A DNA stretch of 64,000 nt. It comes from an uncultured Gammaproteobacteria bacterium (GTDB lineage: Bacteria; Patescibacteriota; Microgenomatia; UBA8517). The translations under genes were made by a program, and so were the position numbers. The stretch lies in contig CAZIMC010000001.1 in the NCBI GenBank assembly GCA_964540475.1, positions 269,240 to 333,239 on the forward strand, written 5' to 3'. Positions 1-9,349 of the stretch are shown one piece after another (position 1 is the first letter of the stretch; the number at the start of each line of letters is the position of its first letter). Below the pieces are notes generated by a model. That model was not told where the DNA came from and ran no database searches. It was given only the letters and a program-made list of their open reading frames with translations.

Positions 1-479
1 TAGGCTGTTTACTTCACGATATTGGCAAGGTGGTAACGGATGAGGAAGGTAACCATATTGACGTAGGTGTTTCTACTCTAAAAAGATTTGGTATTCCCAG
101 AGAGGTTGTAAATACTGTCGCAGAACACCATGAAGATAAGCCATTTTCTTCTATTGAATCTGTCGTTGTTTGGACAGCAGACGCGATATCAGGTTCGAGA
201 CCTGGTGCAAGATATGAGCCGCATGGTGAGTACGTTAAGAGGATGGATAAGATAGAAGAGATTGCGGCAAGTTTTGAAGGCGTGGAGGTTGCATATGCCT
301 TTCAGGCAGGAAGAGATGTAAGAGTAATTGTTGACCCTCAGGAAGTAAATGATGATAAACTGACAATTTTGGCCCATGAAATTGCCAAAAGACTGGAAAA
401 GGAAGCCGAGTATGCAGGCCAAATCAAGGTAACCGTTATTCGTGAGGTTAGAGCAAGCGACACAACTGCAGCAAAATAA
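1..479 (+). CDS. rny: Ribonuclease Y, C-terminal part (5' end lies outside window)
   Basis: ORF is open to the window edge. In-frame codons upstream of the listed start give ..LLHDIGK.. (HD-domain motif). Downstream ...VNTVAEHHED... and ...GQIKVTVIRE... are typical of the RNase Y HD/C-terminal region. Confidence 0.8.
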   Translation, partial: GCLLHDIGKVVTDEEGNHIDVGVSTLKRFGIPREVVNTVAEHHEDKPFSSIESVVVWTADAISGSRPGARYEPHGEYVKRMDKIEEIAASFEGVEVAYAFQAGRDVRVIVDPQEVNDDKLTILAHEIAKRLEKEAEYAGQIKVTVIREVRASDTTAAK

Positions 480-521
480 CCTTGACTTTTTTATAAGCTT
501 TATTTATTCTAGTGATCTAAG

Positions 522-797
522 ATGACGAAAAAAGATTTAATCGATTTAGTGGCCAGAAAGGCCCATTTAACAAAAAAAGGTGCTACTGAAGCTGTAGACG
601 TGTTTCTATCAGAAATTGGCAGAGTTCTTTCAAAGGGGGAGAAGGTGGTTTTGTCAGGATTTGGTACATTTAGAGTTATTTCCATGAAAGGCAAGACTGT
701 TAAAATTCCCAAAACAGACAAACTTGTTACGATTAAATCTCACAGATCCCCTCGTTTTACTCCAGGTAAGAGGCTAAAAAGACAGGTATTAAGGTAA
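522..797 (+). CDS. hup: HU family nucleoid DNA-binding protein
   Basis: 91 aa with ...LSGFGTF.V..R..R.GRNP.TG... arm motif; size and sequence are classic HU/IHF. Confidence 0.85.
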   Translation: MTKKDLIDLVARKAHLTKKGATEAVDVFLSEIGRVLSKGEKVVLSGFGTFRVISMKGKTVKIPKTDKLVTIKSHRSPRFTPGKRLKRQVLR

Positions 798-821
798 GCT
801 TTTAACGTAATCCTGATTCAG

Positions 822-1883
822 TTGGCTAAATTAGAAATAAGGAATCAGCTGGGATATACTTCAGATATGGAGAAAGCAATTACGGTTGATCATCTTGCCA
901 AAAACTTTACTGTAACCGAGCGGAAGCCAGGTGTATTAGGGGCTATTAACTCAATTATTTCTCCAAAGAAAAGAATCATTAAGGCTTTAAAAAACGTCAC
1001 CTTCACAGTCTATCAAGGAGAGCTGGTAGGTTTCATTGGTCCTAACGGCGCGGGAAAAACAACCACTCTAAAAATTTTATCAGGACTTTTGTATCCCACA
1101 TCCGGTTTTGTTCAGGTACTCGAACATGACCCATGGAAGCGTAATTCTCAATATCTTAAACAAATCTCCACGGTTTTTGGTCAGAAAAATCAGCTGTGGT
1201 GGGATCTACCGGCCGCAGAAACTTTCGAACTGAATAAGGCTATTTATGAAATTCCAACAAGAGTATATAAGCAAAATCTGGAGGAATTGGTTGAGCTATT
1301 GGGTGTAGGTAAAATTATCAATATTCCCGTGAGACGAGTTTCCCTGGGACAGCGTATGAGACTTGAGTTGGTTGCTGCCCTTTTACACAAACCCAAAGTC
1401 TTATTTTTAGACGAGCCGACAATAGGTTTGGACCTGGTTGCCCAACAAAAGGTGCGTGATTTTATTTATGAATATAATAAAAAAAACGAGGCAACAATAC
1501 TTTTAACATCGCACAACATGAATGACTTAATAGATTTGGCAAGAAGGGTAATTGTTATTGATGAAGGCCAACTGTTGTTTGATGGAGCACTTGAGGAGTT
1601 GGTGGGACGTTTTGCTAAAGAAAAATTGATCAAATTAACTTTTTCTGAGGAAGCTGATATAAAGAAATTAGAATCTATTGGTAAAGTAAAAAAGGTTTCA
1701 TTCCCGCAGGTTGATGTTTCAGTACCAAGATCAATGGTGGCAATTGCAGCGGCAGAAATTCTGCAAAATTATCCAATTTCTGATTTAACCATAGGGGAAA
1801 CACCCATAGAGGAAGTGATAAGGAAGGTGTTTCGTGGCGAAAGTCAACCAAAGCGCATTCTTAAGAAAAAGTTTCGAGCATGA
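822..1883 (+). CDS. ABC transporter ATP-binding protein (ABC-2 exporter type)
   Basis: Walker A GPNGAGKTTTLKILSG, signature VSLGQRMRL, Walker B LFLDEPTIGLD. The listed start is TTG; ATG at 867 (MEKAITVDHL) is an alternative start. Confidence 0.88.
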   Translation: MAKLEIRNQLGYTSDMEKAITVDHLAKNFTVTERKPGVLGAINSIISPKKRIIKALKNVTFTVYQGELVGFIGPNGAGKTTTLKILSGLLYPTSGFVQVLEHDPWKRNSQYLKQISTVFGQKNQLWWDLPAAETFELNKAIYEIPTRVYKQNLEELVELLGVGKIINIPVRRVSLGQRMRLELVAALLHKPKVLFLDEPTIGLDLVAQQKVRDFIYEYNKKNEATILLTSHNMNDLIDLARRVIVIDEGQLLFDGALEELVGRFAKEKLIKLTFSEEADIKKLESIGKVKKVSFPQVDVSVPRSMVAIAAAEILQNYPISDLTIGETPIEEVIRKVFRGESQPKRILKKKFRA

Positions 1884-2704
1884 GGAAATCAAGCAGATCT
1901 TCAATCGGTAAATACTTTTCTGTCTTTAGGGTGTCTTTTCAGCAGGAAATAGCCTACAGGTTTAATTTTTTAATGTGGAGATTAAGAAATGTTTTGCAGA
2001 TATTTCTAGTGTTTTTCCTGTGGGACGCGGTTTTTGCAGTTCCGGGAAGAGAGCTATTTGGTTATACCCGCGAACAAATCCTTACATACGTTTTTTTAAC
2101 AATTTTAGTAAAAGCGCTGGTCTTCTCGGCAAGAGCAGTTGATGTTTCAGGTGATATTGCTAGAGGGGATTTGTCTAATCATCTGTTAAAACCAATAAGC
2201 TACTTTAAGTATTGGTTTACACGAGATGTTTCAAGTAAGCTCTTAAATGTGGGATTTGCATCAATAGAGTTTAGTGTTCTGGTTTTAGCTTTTAAGCCAA
2301 ATTTATTTTTTCAGACAAGTATTTCCTATATACTCTTGGCCGCATTGTCAGTTTTTATTGCCATATTTATATACTTTTGTATCCTATTTATAGTAAGCTC
2401 AATTCCATTTTGGATGCCGGAGGGGGGTTGGGGTGCAAATTTTTTACTAATAATAGTTCTCGATTTTCTTTCAGGTTCCCTATTTCCCATCGATGTTTTG
2501 CCGGTGAACGTCCAGAGGTTCTTATATTTTACCCCGTTTCCATATATGATATTTTTCCCAATTCAAATATATCTGGGAAATTTTGACATGACATTTGCCC
2601 TGCAAGGCATTTTAACAGGTGGAATATGGGGTATGGCGCTTTATCTGATTATGAAAAATGTATGGCGTAAGGGCATGCTTTCCTATCAAGCTACAGGCAA
2701 ATGA
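1880..2704 (+). CDS. ABC-2 family transporter permease
   Basis: Multi-TM hydrophobic protein; start overlaps the ATPase stop (operon). ABC-2 permease-like topology. Confidence 0.65.
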   Translation: MRKSSRSSIGKYFSVFRVSFQQEIAYRFNFLMWRLRNVLQIFLVFFLWDAVFAVPGRELFGYTREQILTYVFLTILVKALVFSARAVDVSGDIARGDLSNHLLKPISYFKYWFTRDVSSKLLNVGFASIEFSVLVLAFKPNLFFQTSISYILLAALSVFIAIFIYFCILFIVSSIPFWMPEGGWGANFLLIIVLDFLSGSLFPIDVLPVNVQRFLYFTPFPYMIFFPIQIYLGNFDMTFALQGILTGGIWGMALYLIMKNVWRKGMLSYQATGK

Positions 2705-3489
2705 TTAAGATATTTTATTATCTTAGGGTTTGGATTTTGATGAGCAGAAATGCATTTTTGATCTGGTTCAATCAGCGATTTTTATTTTTAATTTTTTTGG
2801 TCGGAAAGTTAATGAGATTCTTCCTGTTTTTTGTTTTCTTGATCTTGATTACACAAGGGGCACAAAATATAGCGGGATATTCAACTAATCAGATCGTTTT
2901 CTTTTTTCTAACATTTAACCTAGTTGACGTTGTAGGGCAATTCTTATTTCGTGAAGTATATCGGTTCAGAAACCTGTTGATCTCGGGAGATTTTGATTTG
3001 ATATTAGTTAAGCCTGTAAATAGTTTGTTCAGAGTATTGATGGGTGGAGCGGATTTTATTGATTTAATTACCATCCCTCCGCTTATATGGGGAGTATATT
3101 ACTTTGGTCAAACATTAAACCCCAGCGCTAGTGAAATTGTAATGTTTGTAATATTAATAATTAACGGAATTCTAATTGCAACAGCTTTCCATATTGTGGT
3201 TGTAAGCTTGGCTATTATCACTTTAGAAATTGATCATTCAATTATGATATATCGAGATTTAACTTCCCTTGGGAGGTTCCCGGTCGATATCTACCGTGAA
3301 CCTTTAAGGGGACTTCTCACGTATCTTATTCCAGTTGGCTTAATGGTTACTATACCTGCAAGGGCACTTATGGGCATGGTTACTCCGCCTGCGGTTCTAT
3401 TGTCATTATTTTTCGGGCTATTTTGTGTGATTCTCTCGGTCAGATTTTGGGATGTTGCCTTGAAAAAGTACACAAGCGCTAGTAGCTAA
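2701..3489 (+). CDS. ABC-2 family transporter permease (second subunit)
   Basis: Multi-TM hydrophobic protein overlapping the previous permease stop; third gene of the ABC operon. Confidence 0.6.
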   Translation: MIKIFYYLRVWILMSRNAFLIWFNQRFLFLIFLVGKLMRFFLFFVFLILITQGAQNIAGYSTNQIVFFFLTFNLVDVVGQFLFREVYRFRNLLISGDFDLILVKPVNSLFRVLMGGADFIDLITIPPLIWGVYYFGQTLNPSASEIVMFVILIINGILIATAFHIVVVSLAIITLEIDHSIMIYRDLTSLGRFPVDIYREPLRGLLTYLIPVGLMVTIPARALMGMVTPPAVLLSLFFGLFCVILSVRFWDVALKKYTSASS

Positions 3490-3532
3490 ATATCTGGAGA
3501 GATTGAGGAAAAAATGATATATTCTAAAATAT

Positions 3533-4510
3533 ATGCCAAGAAAAATTGAAATTTCACATCGAACTATAATTTTTGCAGTACTCTTTTTGCTCTTTTTATG
3601 GTTTTTATATGTTATTAGGGGCATAATTCTTGAGGTTTTTGTTGCTCTTCTTCTAATGGCAATATTAAATCCTTTAGTTAGCAAATTGTCTAATTATAGA
3701 ATCCCCAGGGCATTATCAGTCGCGATAACGTACTTGTTGGTTTTTGGAGTTTTTGGTGCAGCACTATTCTCCCTTATACCTCCGTTAATCGAGCAAACTG
3801 CCGGTTTTGCTTCTAGTTTGCCAGTGTATTTACAAATGCTACCGTCTGAATTTCTTGTAAATGAGCAGCTTGTGAATCAGCTTCTATCACAAATAGGTGG
3901 AATACCTTCTCAGGTGTTACGAGTCCTGCTTTCAGTCCTATCTAATGTTTTTGAGATACTTACAATTTTAATTTTCGCATTTTACCTTCTTATTTCCAGA
4001 AACAAATTAGATGACCAATTGGGCTCCTTTTTAGGAGAGAACAGGAAACAAGAAATAGCTAGTGTGATTGACGCATTGGAGAAAAGGCTGGGTGCTTGGG
4101 CTAGAGGCCAAATAGCGTTAATGTTTCTAGTTGGTGTACTAACATATATCGGATTGACTGTATTGGGAGTACCTTATTCACTACCTTTGGCAATACTGGC
4201 AGGATTGTTGGAGATTATTCCTTATCTGGGGCCAATCATAGCTGCAATACCTGCTATACTGATAGGCTTTGGTATATCGCCCCTGATGGGAATTGCACTG
4301 GTTGTGCTCTACTTCATAATTCAACAGCTTGAAAGCTATGTATTTGCACCTAAAGTTATGGAAAGTTCAGCTGGTGTTTCTCCTATTGTGACATTATTGT
4401 CATTAGCAATCGGGTTTAGGCTGGCAGGAATTATTGGTGTAATAATTGCGATTCCAATTGTATTATCTGTGCAGGTTTTATCACAGAAATATTTTTCTTC
4501 AAAACACTAA
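3533..4510 (+). CDS. AI-2E family transporter (PerM/UPF0118-like)
   Basis: 325 aa, about 8 TM segments; ...LLEIIPYLGPIIAAIPAIL... is the characteristic AI-2E block. Confidence 0.7.
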   Translation: MPRKIEISHRTIIFAVLFLLFLWFLYVIRGIILEVFVALLLMAILNPLVSKLSNYRIPRALSVAITYLLVFGVFGAALFSLIPPLIEQTAGFASSLPVYLQMLPSEFLVNEQLVNQLLSQIGGIPSQVLRVLLSVLSNVFEILTILIFAFYLLISRNKLDDQLGSFLGENRKQEIASVIDALEKRLGAWARGQIALMFLVGVLTYIGLTVLGVPYSLPLAILAGLLEIIPYLGPIIAAIPAILIGFGISPLMGIALVVLYFIIQQLESYVFAPKVMESSAGVSPIVTLLSLAIGFRLAGIIGVIIAIPIVLSVQVLSQKYFSSKH

Positions 4511-4538
4511 GTGTAAGTGGAATAAGTGTGCCAAATTT

Positions 4539-4546
4539 GGTATAAT
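4539..4546 (+). promoter_or_regulatory. Extended -10 element (TGgTATAAT) for the RNase P RNA gene
   Basis: tggtataat lies 8-9 nt upstream of the predicted RNA 5' end (ctggaaga...). Confidence 0.4.
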
Positions 4547-4554
4547 TAAAGCAT

Positions 4555-4848
4555 CTGGAAGAAGGGTGACTACTCCGAATTAAATCGGAGAGGAAAGTCC
4601 AGGCAGCAGAAAGCAGGGTGCCCGCTGTAAGGCGGGGCGGGAAACCGCCAGTTAGAGCCACAGAGACTATGTCGATTTCTTTACCCTAAAGGTACGAGAA
4701 AAACGAGTGAAAAGAGGCAATCCTCCCCGCTGCAACCTCCGACTAGAGCACAAGGTAGCTTTCCTAGCTCTAAAGTTGAGGGCTTAGACAGATTGTCACC
4801 ACTCCGGTCAACCGGAGATAACAGAACCTGGCTTACTCTCTTCCAGAT
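4555..4848 (+). ncRNA. rnpB: RNase P RNA, bacterial type A (compact, about 294 nt)
   Basis: Conserved blocks match the type A consensus. P4 5' strand GAGGAAAGUCCAGGC; CAGGGUGCCCGCUGUAAGGCGGGGCGGGAAACCGCC (P5-P7/GNRA); CACAGAGAC; CUUAGACAGAUUGUCACCAC; ACAGAACCUGGCUUAC (P4 3' strand). P1 is formed by ctggaagaag (4555-) and ctcttccag (4838-4846). No ORF in the region is coherent. Confidence 0.85.
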
Positions 4849-4858
4849 TACAAGGATT

Positions 4859-4880
4859 GGGCTCACTTAATAGTGAGCCC
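4859..4880 (+). terminator. Stem-loop immediately 3' of rnpB (gggctcac-ttaata-gtgagccc), followed by a second hairpin ttcctc..gaggaa
   Basis: Perfect 8-bp stem; weak U-tract (ttcctcgttt). Likely the 3' processing/termination structure of the RNase P RNA transcript. Confidence 0.3.
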
Positions 4881-5146
4881 TTCCTCGTTTAAAGAGAGGA
4901 AGAGAACAAGGTTCTGGGGTTACCCACCAGGTTCTTACTCTCATCCTGATTTTTTGTTTAAATAGCAAAGAGCTAGATTTCTAGGTAACCCTTGGTTTTT
5001 AAACTCCTCGAGATATAGCAGAGTACTCATAAAGGGGACTTTTTGATGTCTAAGCATTGACATTTTCACGAAAAAAAATGAAAATCTGAATAAGTAGGAA
5101 GGGGGTGATTTAAATAAATAATTTATCAGTTTGGCAGAATGCACTC

Positions 5147-5797
5147 ATGGACTCATGGGGGCAAGTTATAAACTCCTTTTTGCTGGTAATTCCGAATGTT
5201 GTTGCCGCAATAGTAATTTTTGCAATTGGCTTGATACTTGCATATTGGGTCAAGCGGCTCATTGTGGATGGTCTAAAAGCACTTAAGTTAGAAGGCTTTC
5301 TTAAAAATGCCGGTGTAGACAATTATCTCGCTAAGGCAGATATCCGTTTAACTTTTGTAGAGCTTATTGGAACAATATTTCAGTGGCTAGTCATATTAGT
5401 ATTTTTCCTGGCAGTGGTTGATATATTGGGTTTGGGTATGGTCTCCGAGGTTTTAACTAGAGTTTTGGGTTACTTACCCAATGTATTGGCGGCATCTTTG
5501 ATCTTTGCTGCTGGTTATATAGTTTCAGGCTTGGCAGATGGGGTGGTTCGGGGAGCAATCGCATCAGTTGATCCGCAAATTGCAAGACCTACTGGAAAGA
5601 TTGCAAGATATGTAATTATTCTTGTTGCCTTATTTGCGGCTATTGATCAGCTGCAAATTGCGCAAGGGCTAATCGTTACATTCTTTCAAGGTTTAACCTA
5701 TACAGTGGTATTGGTGGTTGGTCTCTCAGTCGGATTGGGGGCGAAAGATTTGGTCTCAAAACTATTAATGGAATGGTATGATCGCCTGAGAAAGTAA
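5147..5797 (+). CDS. Membrane protein with repeated conserved TM helices (MscS-N-terminal-like 'conserved TM helix' repeats)
   Basis: 216 aa, 5-6 TM helices. A candidate -35 ttgaca (5057-5062) lies upstream. No catalytic motif recognised. Confidence 0.45.
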   Translation: MDSWGQVINSFLLVIPNVVAAIVIFAIGLILAYWVKRLIVDGLKALKLEGFLKNAGVDNYLAKADIRLTFVELIGTIFQWLVILVFFLAVVDILGLGMVSEVLTRVLGYLPNVLAASLIFAAGYIVSGLADGVVRGAIASVDPQIARPTGKIARYVIILVALFAAIDQLQIAQGLIVTFFQGLTYTVVLVVGLSVGLGAKDLVSKLLMEWYDRLRK

Positions 5798-5835
5798 GCG
5801 AAAAGTTGACCATTCTTTGTGGTAAGCTAAGATTA

Positions 5836-7368
5836 ATGCTTGCCAAGATTTTGTCCGGTGCGACTGTTGGCTTAGAGGCCGTACTAATTGATGTTGAGGT
5901 CGATATTGCAGAACAAGGCTTGCCATCATTTACTATAGTGGGTCTTCCCGATAAAGCGGTTGAAGAAAGCAAAGAGAGGGTCAGGTCTGCCATAAAAAAT
6001 TCTGGGGCAGATTTTCCTGTAAGTCGCATCACGGTCAACCTGGCACCAGCTGACCTGCCCAAAGCTGGGCCTTCATATGATCTACCAATTGCACTTGGAA
6101 TACTGGTTGCTTCAGGCCAAATTAGGCCCAACCTTGAAAGCTCCATTTTTGTGGGCGAACTGTCTCTAGACGGAAATTTGAGACAAACAAATGGCGTACT
6201 GCCAATTACATATCTCGCCAGTCAGAAAAAAATTGACAAAGTCTTCATTCCAAAAATAAACGAGCAGGAGGCGGTTGTTGTATCAAAAACTGAAGTATAT
6301 GCTGTAAATTCATTACTCGAGTTGGTGCGCTTTTTTTGTAGCACTACGGAGTTAAAATCTTCTCCCAAGATTAGTCTAAGCACATTTTTGAAAAAAGCAG
6401 AAGCAGAATTTGACTTCTCGGAGGTAATCGGTCAGGAAAACGCCAAACGTGCACTTGAGATTGCTGCTGCCGGGGGACACAACGTGTTTATGAAAGGTAC
6501 GCCTGGATCCGGAAAAACTATGTTAGCAAGAGCCTTTCCAGGAATCTTACCAACTCTATCGGAAGACGAAGCACTTGAGGTTACTAAAATCTATTCTGTT
6601 AGTGGTAATCTTACTCCTGGTAATTCTATTATCACAACGAGACCATTCAGAAGCCCACACCACACAACTTCAAGAATTGGTCTTATAGGAGGGGGAACTA
6701 ATCCCGCGCCCGGGGAAATTTCACTTGCCCATAGAGGTGTACTTTTTTTGGACGAATTTCCTGAATTTCCAAGACACGTTCTTGAGGCGCTTAGACAACC
6801 AATAGAAGACGGTATTGTTTCAATCTCACGTGCCAAGGGTACGGTTACATACCCTTCTAAATTCATGTTGATAGCAGCCTCAAATCCGTGTCCCTGCGGC
6901 TACTACGGCGATTCTAAGAGGCGTTGCACATGTTTACCAGGACAAATCAGTCGGTATGAAAAAAGGGTGTCTGGACCAATTTTAGATAGAATTGATATTC
7001 ATCTTGATATTCCATCAGTAGAAACACAAAAACTGGTTGATGGTGACAGGGAAAGATCACCTTCCTCATTAACTATCCAGAGAAGGGTACAAAGAGCCCG
7101 CGAGATACAACTTAATCGCTTTTCTGACACAAAACTAAAAAGTAATAGCGAAATGTCGACTCGGAATGTTAAGCAGTATGCCCCACTCTCCTCCGAATGT
7201 CGCACAATATTAATGAGTGCGATTGCAACTATGAATCTTTCTGCAAGGAGCTATTTTAAAGTTGTAAAAGTAGCTAGGACAATTGCCGACCTTGCGGGAG
7301 AAAAACAAATTAATCCTAATCACCTAGCTGAAGCTTTGCAGTATAGACCAAAAATTAGCGAAAATTAA
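5836..7368 (+). CDS. comM: YifB/ComM family Mg-chelatase-like AAA+ ATPase
   Basis: N-terminal MLAKILSGATVGLEAVLIDVEVD (ComM start). Walker A GTPGSGKTMLA, Walker B LFLDEFPEF, C-terminal C4 zinc motif CPCG..C..CTC. The listed ORF start at 5806 is TTG; ATG at 5836 is preferred. Confidence 0.85.
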   Translation: MLAKILSGATVGLEAVLIDVEVDIAEQGLPSFTIVGLPDKAVEESKERVRSAIKNSGADFPVSRITVNLAPADLPKAGPSYDLPIALGILVASGQIRPNLESSIFVGELSLDGNLRQTNGVLPITYLASQKKIDKVFIPKINEQEAVVVSKTEVYAVNSLLELVRFFCSTTELKSSPKISLSTFLKKAEAEFDFSEVIGQENAKRALEIAAAGGHNVFMKGTPGSGKTMLARAFPGILPTLSEDEALEVTKIYSVSGNLTPGNSIITTRPFRSPHHTTSRIGLIGGGTNPAPGEISLAHRGVLFLDEFPEFPRHVLEALRQPIEDGIVSISRAKGTVTYPSKFMLIAASNPCPCGYYGDSKRRCTCLPGQISRYEKRVSGPILDRIDIHLDIPSVETQKLVDGDRERSPSSLTIQRRVQRAREIQLNRFSDTKLKSNSEMSTRNVKQYAPLSSECRTILMSAIATMNLSARSYFKVVKVARTIADLAGEKQINPNHLAEALQYRPKISEN

Positions 7369-7392
7369 CGCATTGTATTAGAATTGCAAATT

Positions 7393-7830
7393 ATGAAATT
7401 AGTTATTCAAAGGGTAACAAAAGCTTCAGTTTCGGTTGAAGAGAAAACTGTTGGAGAAATTGGTAAAGGACTTTTTGTGCTAGTGGGGATCAAAAAAGAT
7501 GACAGTGAGAATGACGTAGATAGGTTAGTTGAAAAACTTCTTAAACTCCGGATAATGGCAGATGAAAACGGCAAGATGAATTTGACAGTAAATGATGTTG
7601 GCGGTGAATATTTGATAGTTTCGCAGTTTACTCTGTTTGCAAATACAACAGGTGGCAATAGGCCATCTTTTATTGATGCAGCCGAACCGAAAGATGCCAA
7701 AAAGCATTATGAATATTTTATCGACAAATTAAGAGTGGGTGGAGCAAAAGTAAAGACAGGTAGCTTTGGAGATTATATGGATATTCGGTGTCAGCTAGAT
7801 GGCCCGGTTACAATTATATTGGAAAGCTAA
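7393..7830 (+). CDS. dtd: D-aminoacyl-tRNA deacylase
   Basis: MKLVIQRV... start, SQFTL motif and GPVT near the C-terminus; about 146 aa is typical for Dtd. The listed start at 7384 is TTG. Confidence 0.85.
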   Translation: MKLVIQRVTKASVSVEEKTVGEIGKGLFVLVGIKKDDSENDVDRLVEKLLKLRIMADENGKMNLTVNDVGGEYLIVSQFTLFANTTGGNRPSFIDAAEPKDAKKHYEYFIDKLRVGGAKVKTGSFGDYMDIRCQLDGPVTIILES

Positions 7831-8528
7831 TGGAAATTTCGGAAGTTGGTGTAAATGTTGAGGCAAGTACAAAGATTGCCAACGACCATATAGTAAAAGG
7901 TCTTAGAGATCTCAATTCAGTACTGCCTGCTGGTAAATATCGCATATTTGGTTCATTAATTCCGCAATCTTTAATCGGCCCCAACCGCAGAATTGGTGAC
8001 ATAGACGTATTGGCATTGGAAGAAGATATTAATCAAGTCAGAGAACAGTTAATGAGAGTTGGGTACCAAACATCACCGGCCAGGCCGCGAATTGCTGAGG
8101 AATTACTAATTGCGTTCAGAAATGGTGATACCCAGATTCAAATAATGTTTGGTAAGTTGACTCGAAACGGTTGGGAGGTCGGATTGAGTAGGGGTCTTAA
8201 GTTTTATCTTCCTAAAGATGAGTGGGATAAGCCGATGAATTATGAATTCGGAAGCGAAAATTTTACTGGGATAAGCCCAGAGCTTGCACATTATTTTCTA
8301 TCTAACTTCGAAAATAACCCCTCTCCCCTTATGCCGGAAAGAGGCTCGAGAGCACAAGACCTTCTCATATTAAAAGATTATATAAACAATAATCCTGCAA
8401 GCGGAGAAAGAATTAATAATATAAATTGGCGAAAGCCAGGATTATATATTGGGCGTATTCATTTTCCTACTAGGTGGCTGTTTTCTATTATTGGTGCAGT
8501 ATCACCTTTTTTGGCCAAAAAGAGTTAA
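7830..8528 (+). CDS. Hypothetical protein with nucleotidyltransferase-like motif (FGS...GDIDVLA)
   Basis: ATG overlaps the dtd stop (TAATG). GS..(n)..DID pattern resembles the pol-beta-type nucleotidyltransferase fold. No further homology recognised. Confidence 0.4.
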   Translation: MEISEVGVNVEASTKIANDHIVKGLRDLNSVLPAGKYRIFGSLIPQSLIGPNRRIGDIDVLALEEDINQVREQLMRVGYQTSPARPRIAEELLIAFRNGDTQIQIMFGKLTRNGWEVGLSRGLKFYLPKDEWDKPMNYEFGSENFTGISPELAHYFLSNFENNPSPLMPERGSRAQDLLILKDYINNNPASGERINNINWRKPGLYIGRIHFPTRWLFSIIGAVSPFLAKKS

Positions 8529-8618
8529 TTAAGTTTATCGGCAGATACGTATACAAGGTTTAGTAAATCTTAACACGCTTCTTACAGGCTTACGTTAATT
8601 AAGTTGTAAAACCGGAGC

Positions 8619-9278
8619 ATGTTTCCAGTGCGGGATCGCAGTAGAACCCGGAGATTTCCATTTCTTACTTACCTAATTATCTTGGTAAATGTTTTCGTTT
8701 TTGTTCGCCAAGTCCTCTCCCCCACGCCTGTGGGGTTCATACGAGACTTTGCATTAATTCCCTCTGCGATTAATTGGACTAATCCGCTAACACTATACCC
8801 GTTTGTTACCAGTCAATTCTTACATGCCGGCATGTTTCACATCTTTTCCAACATGTGGTTTTTAAAGATATTCGGAAATAATGTGGAGGATAGGCTTGGG
8901 GGTATAAGGTTTATGTTTGTCTATCTGGCCGCAGGGGTTGCGGGCGGGCTTGCTCAGTATGCGTTTTTTCCAGATTCTGATATACCAATGCTGGGAGCTT
9001 CGGGTGCAGTGGCAGGGATTTTAGGCGCTTATTTGGTGCTTTTTCCATATCATAAGATTGAGACAGTGGTTCTGCCATTTTTATTTTTAGTCCATATTCC
9101 CGCCTCTGTGATGCTTGCCTACTGGTTTTTTATACAATTGTTTTCAGGTTTAGGCGGAATCCTGACCGCCCAACCGGGCGGAGTAGCTTGGTGGGCACAT
9201 GTAGGAGGGTTTGGTGTGGGTTGGATAATTGCTAGATTGAGTTCAATATATTCAGTACGGCGGATCAATTCTTATTAA
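8619..9278 (+). CDS. Rhomboid family intramembrane serine protease
   Basis: 6 TM protein with catalytic GASGAVAGILGAY (GxSG) and downstream AHVGGFGVG (catalytic His). Confidence 0.8.
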   Translation: MFPVRDRSRTRRFPFLTYLIILVNVFVFVRQVLSPTPVGFIRDFALIPSAINWTNPLTLYPFVTSQFLHAGMFHIFSNMWFLKIFGNNVEDRLGGIRFMFVYLAAGVAGGLAQYAFFPDSDIPMLGASGAVAGILGAYLVLFPYHKIETVVLPFLFLVHIPASVMLAYWFFIQLFSGLGGILTAQPGGVAWWAHVGGFGVGWIIARLSSIYSVRRINSY

Positions 9279-9349
9279 TAAGTTTGGAAAAAGCTATATT
9301 TCAAAATTGTATATGTCAAGTGGTCTGAGTTTTTGATAAAAATAATAAT

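Noticed and set aside
4431-5144. Three minus-strand ORFs (4431..4661, 4681..4866, 4941..5144) in the supplied track
   Set aside because: They overlap the RNase P RNA and its structured 3' flank; no RBS and no protein-like composition.
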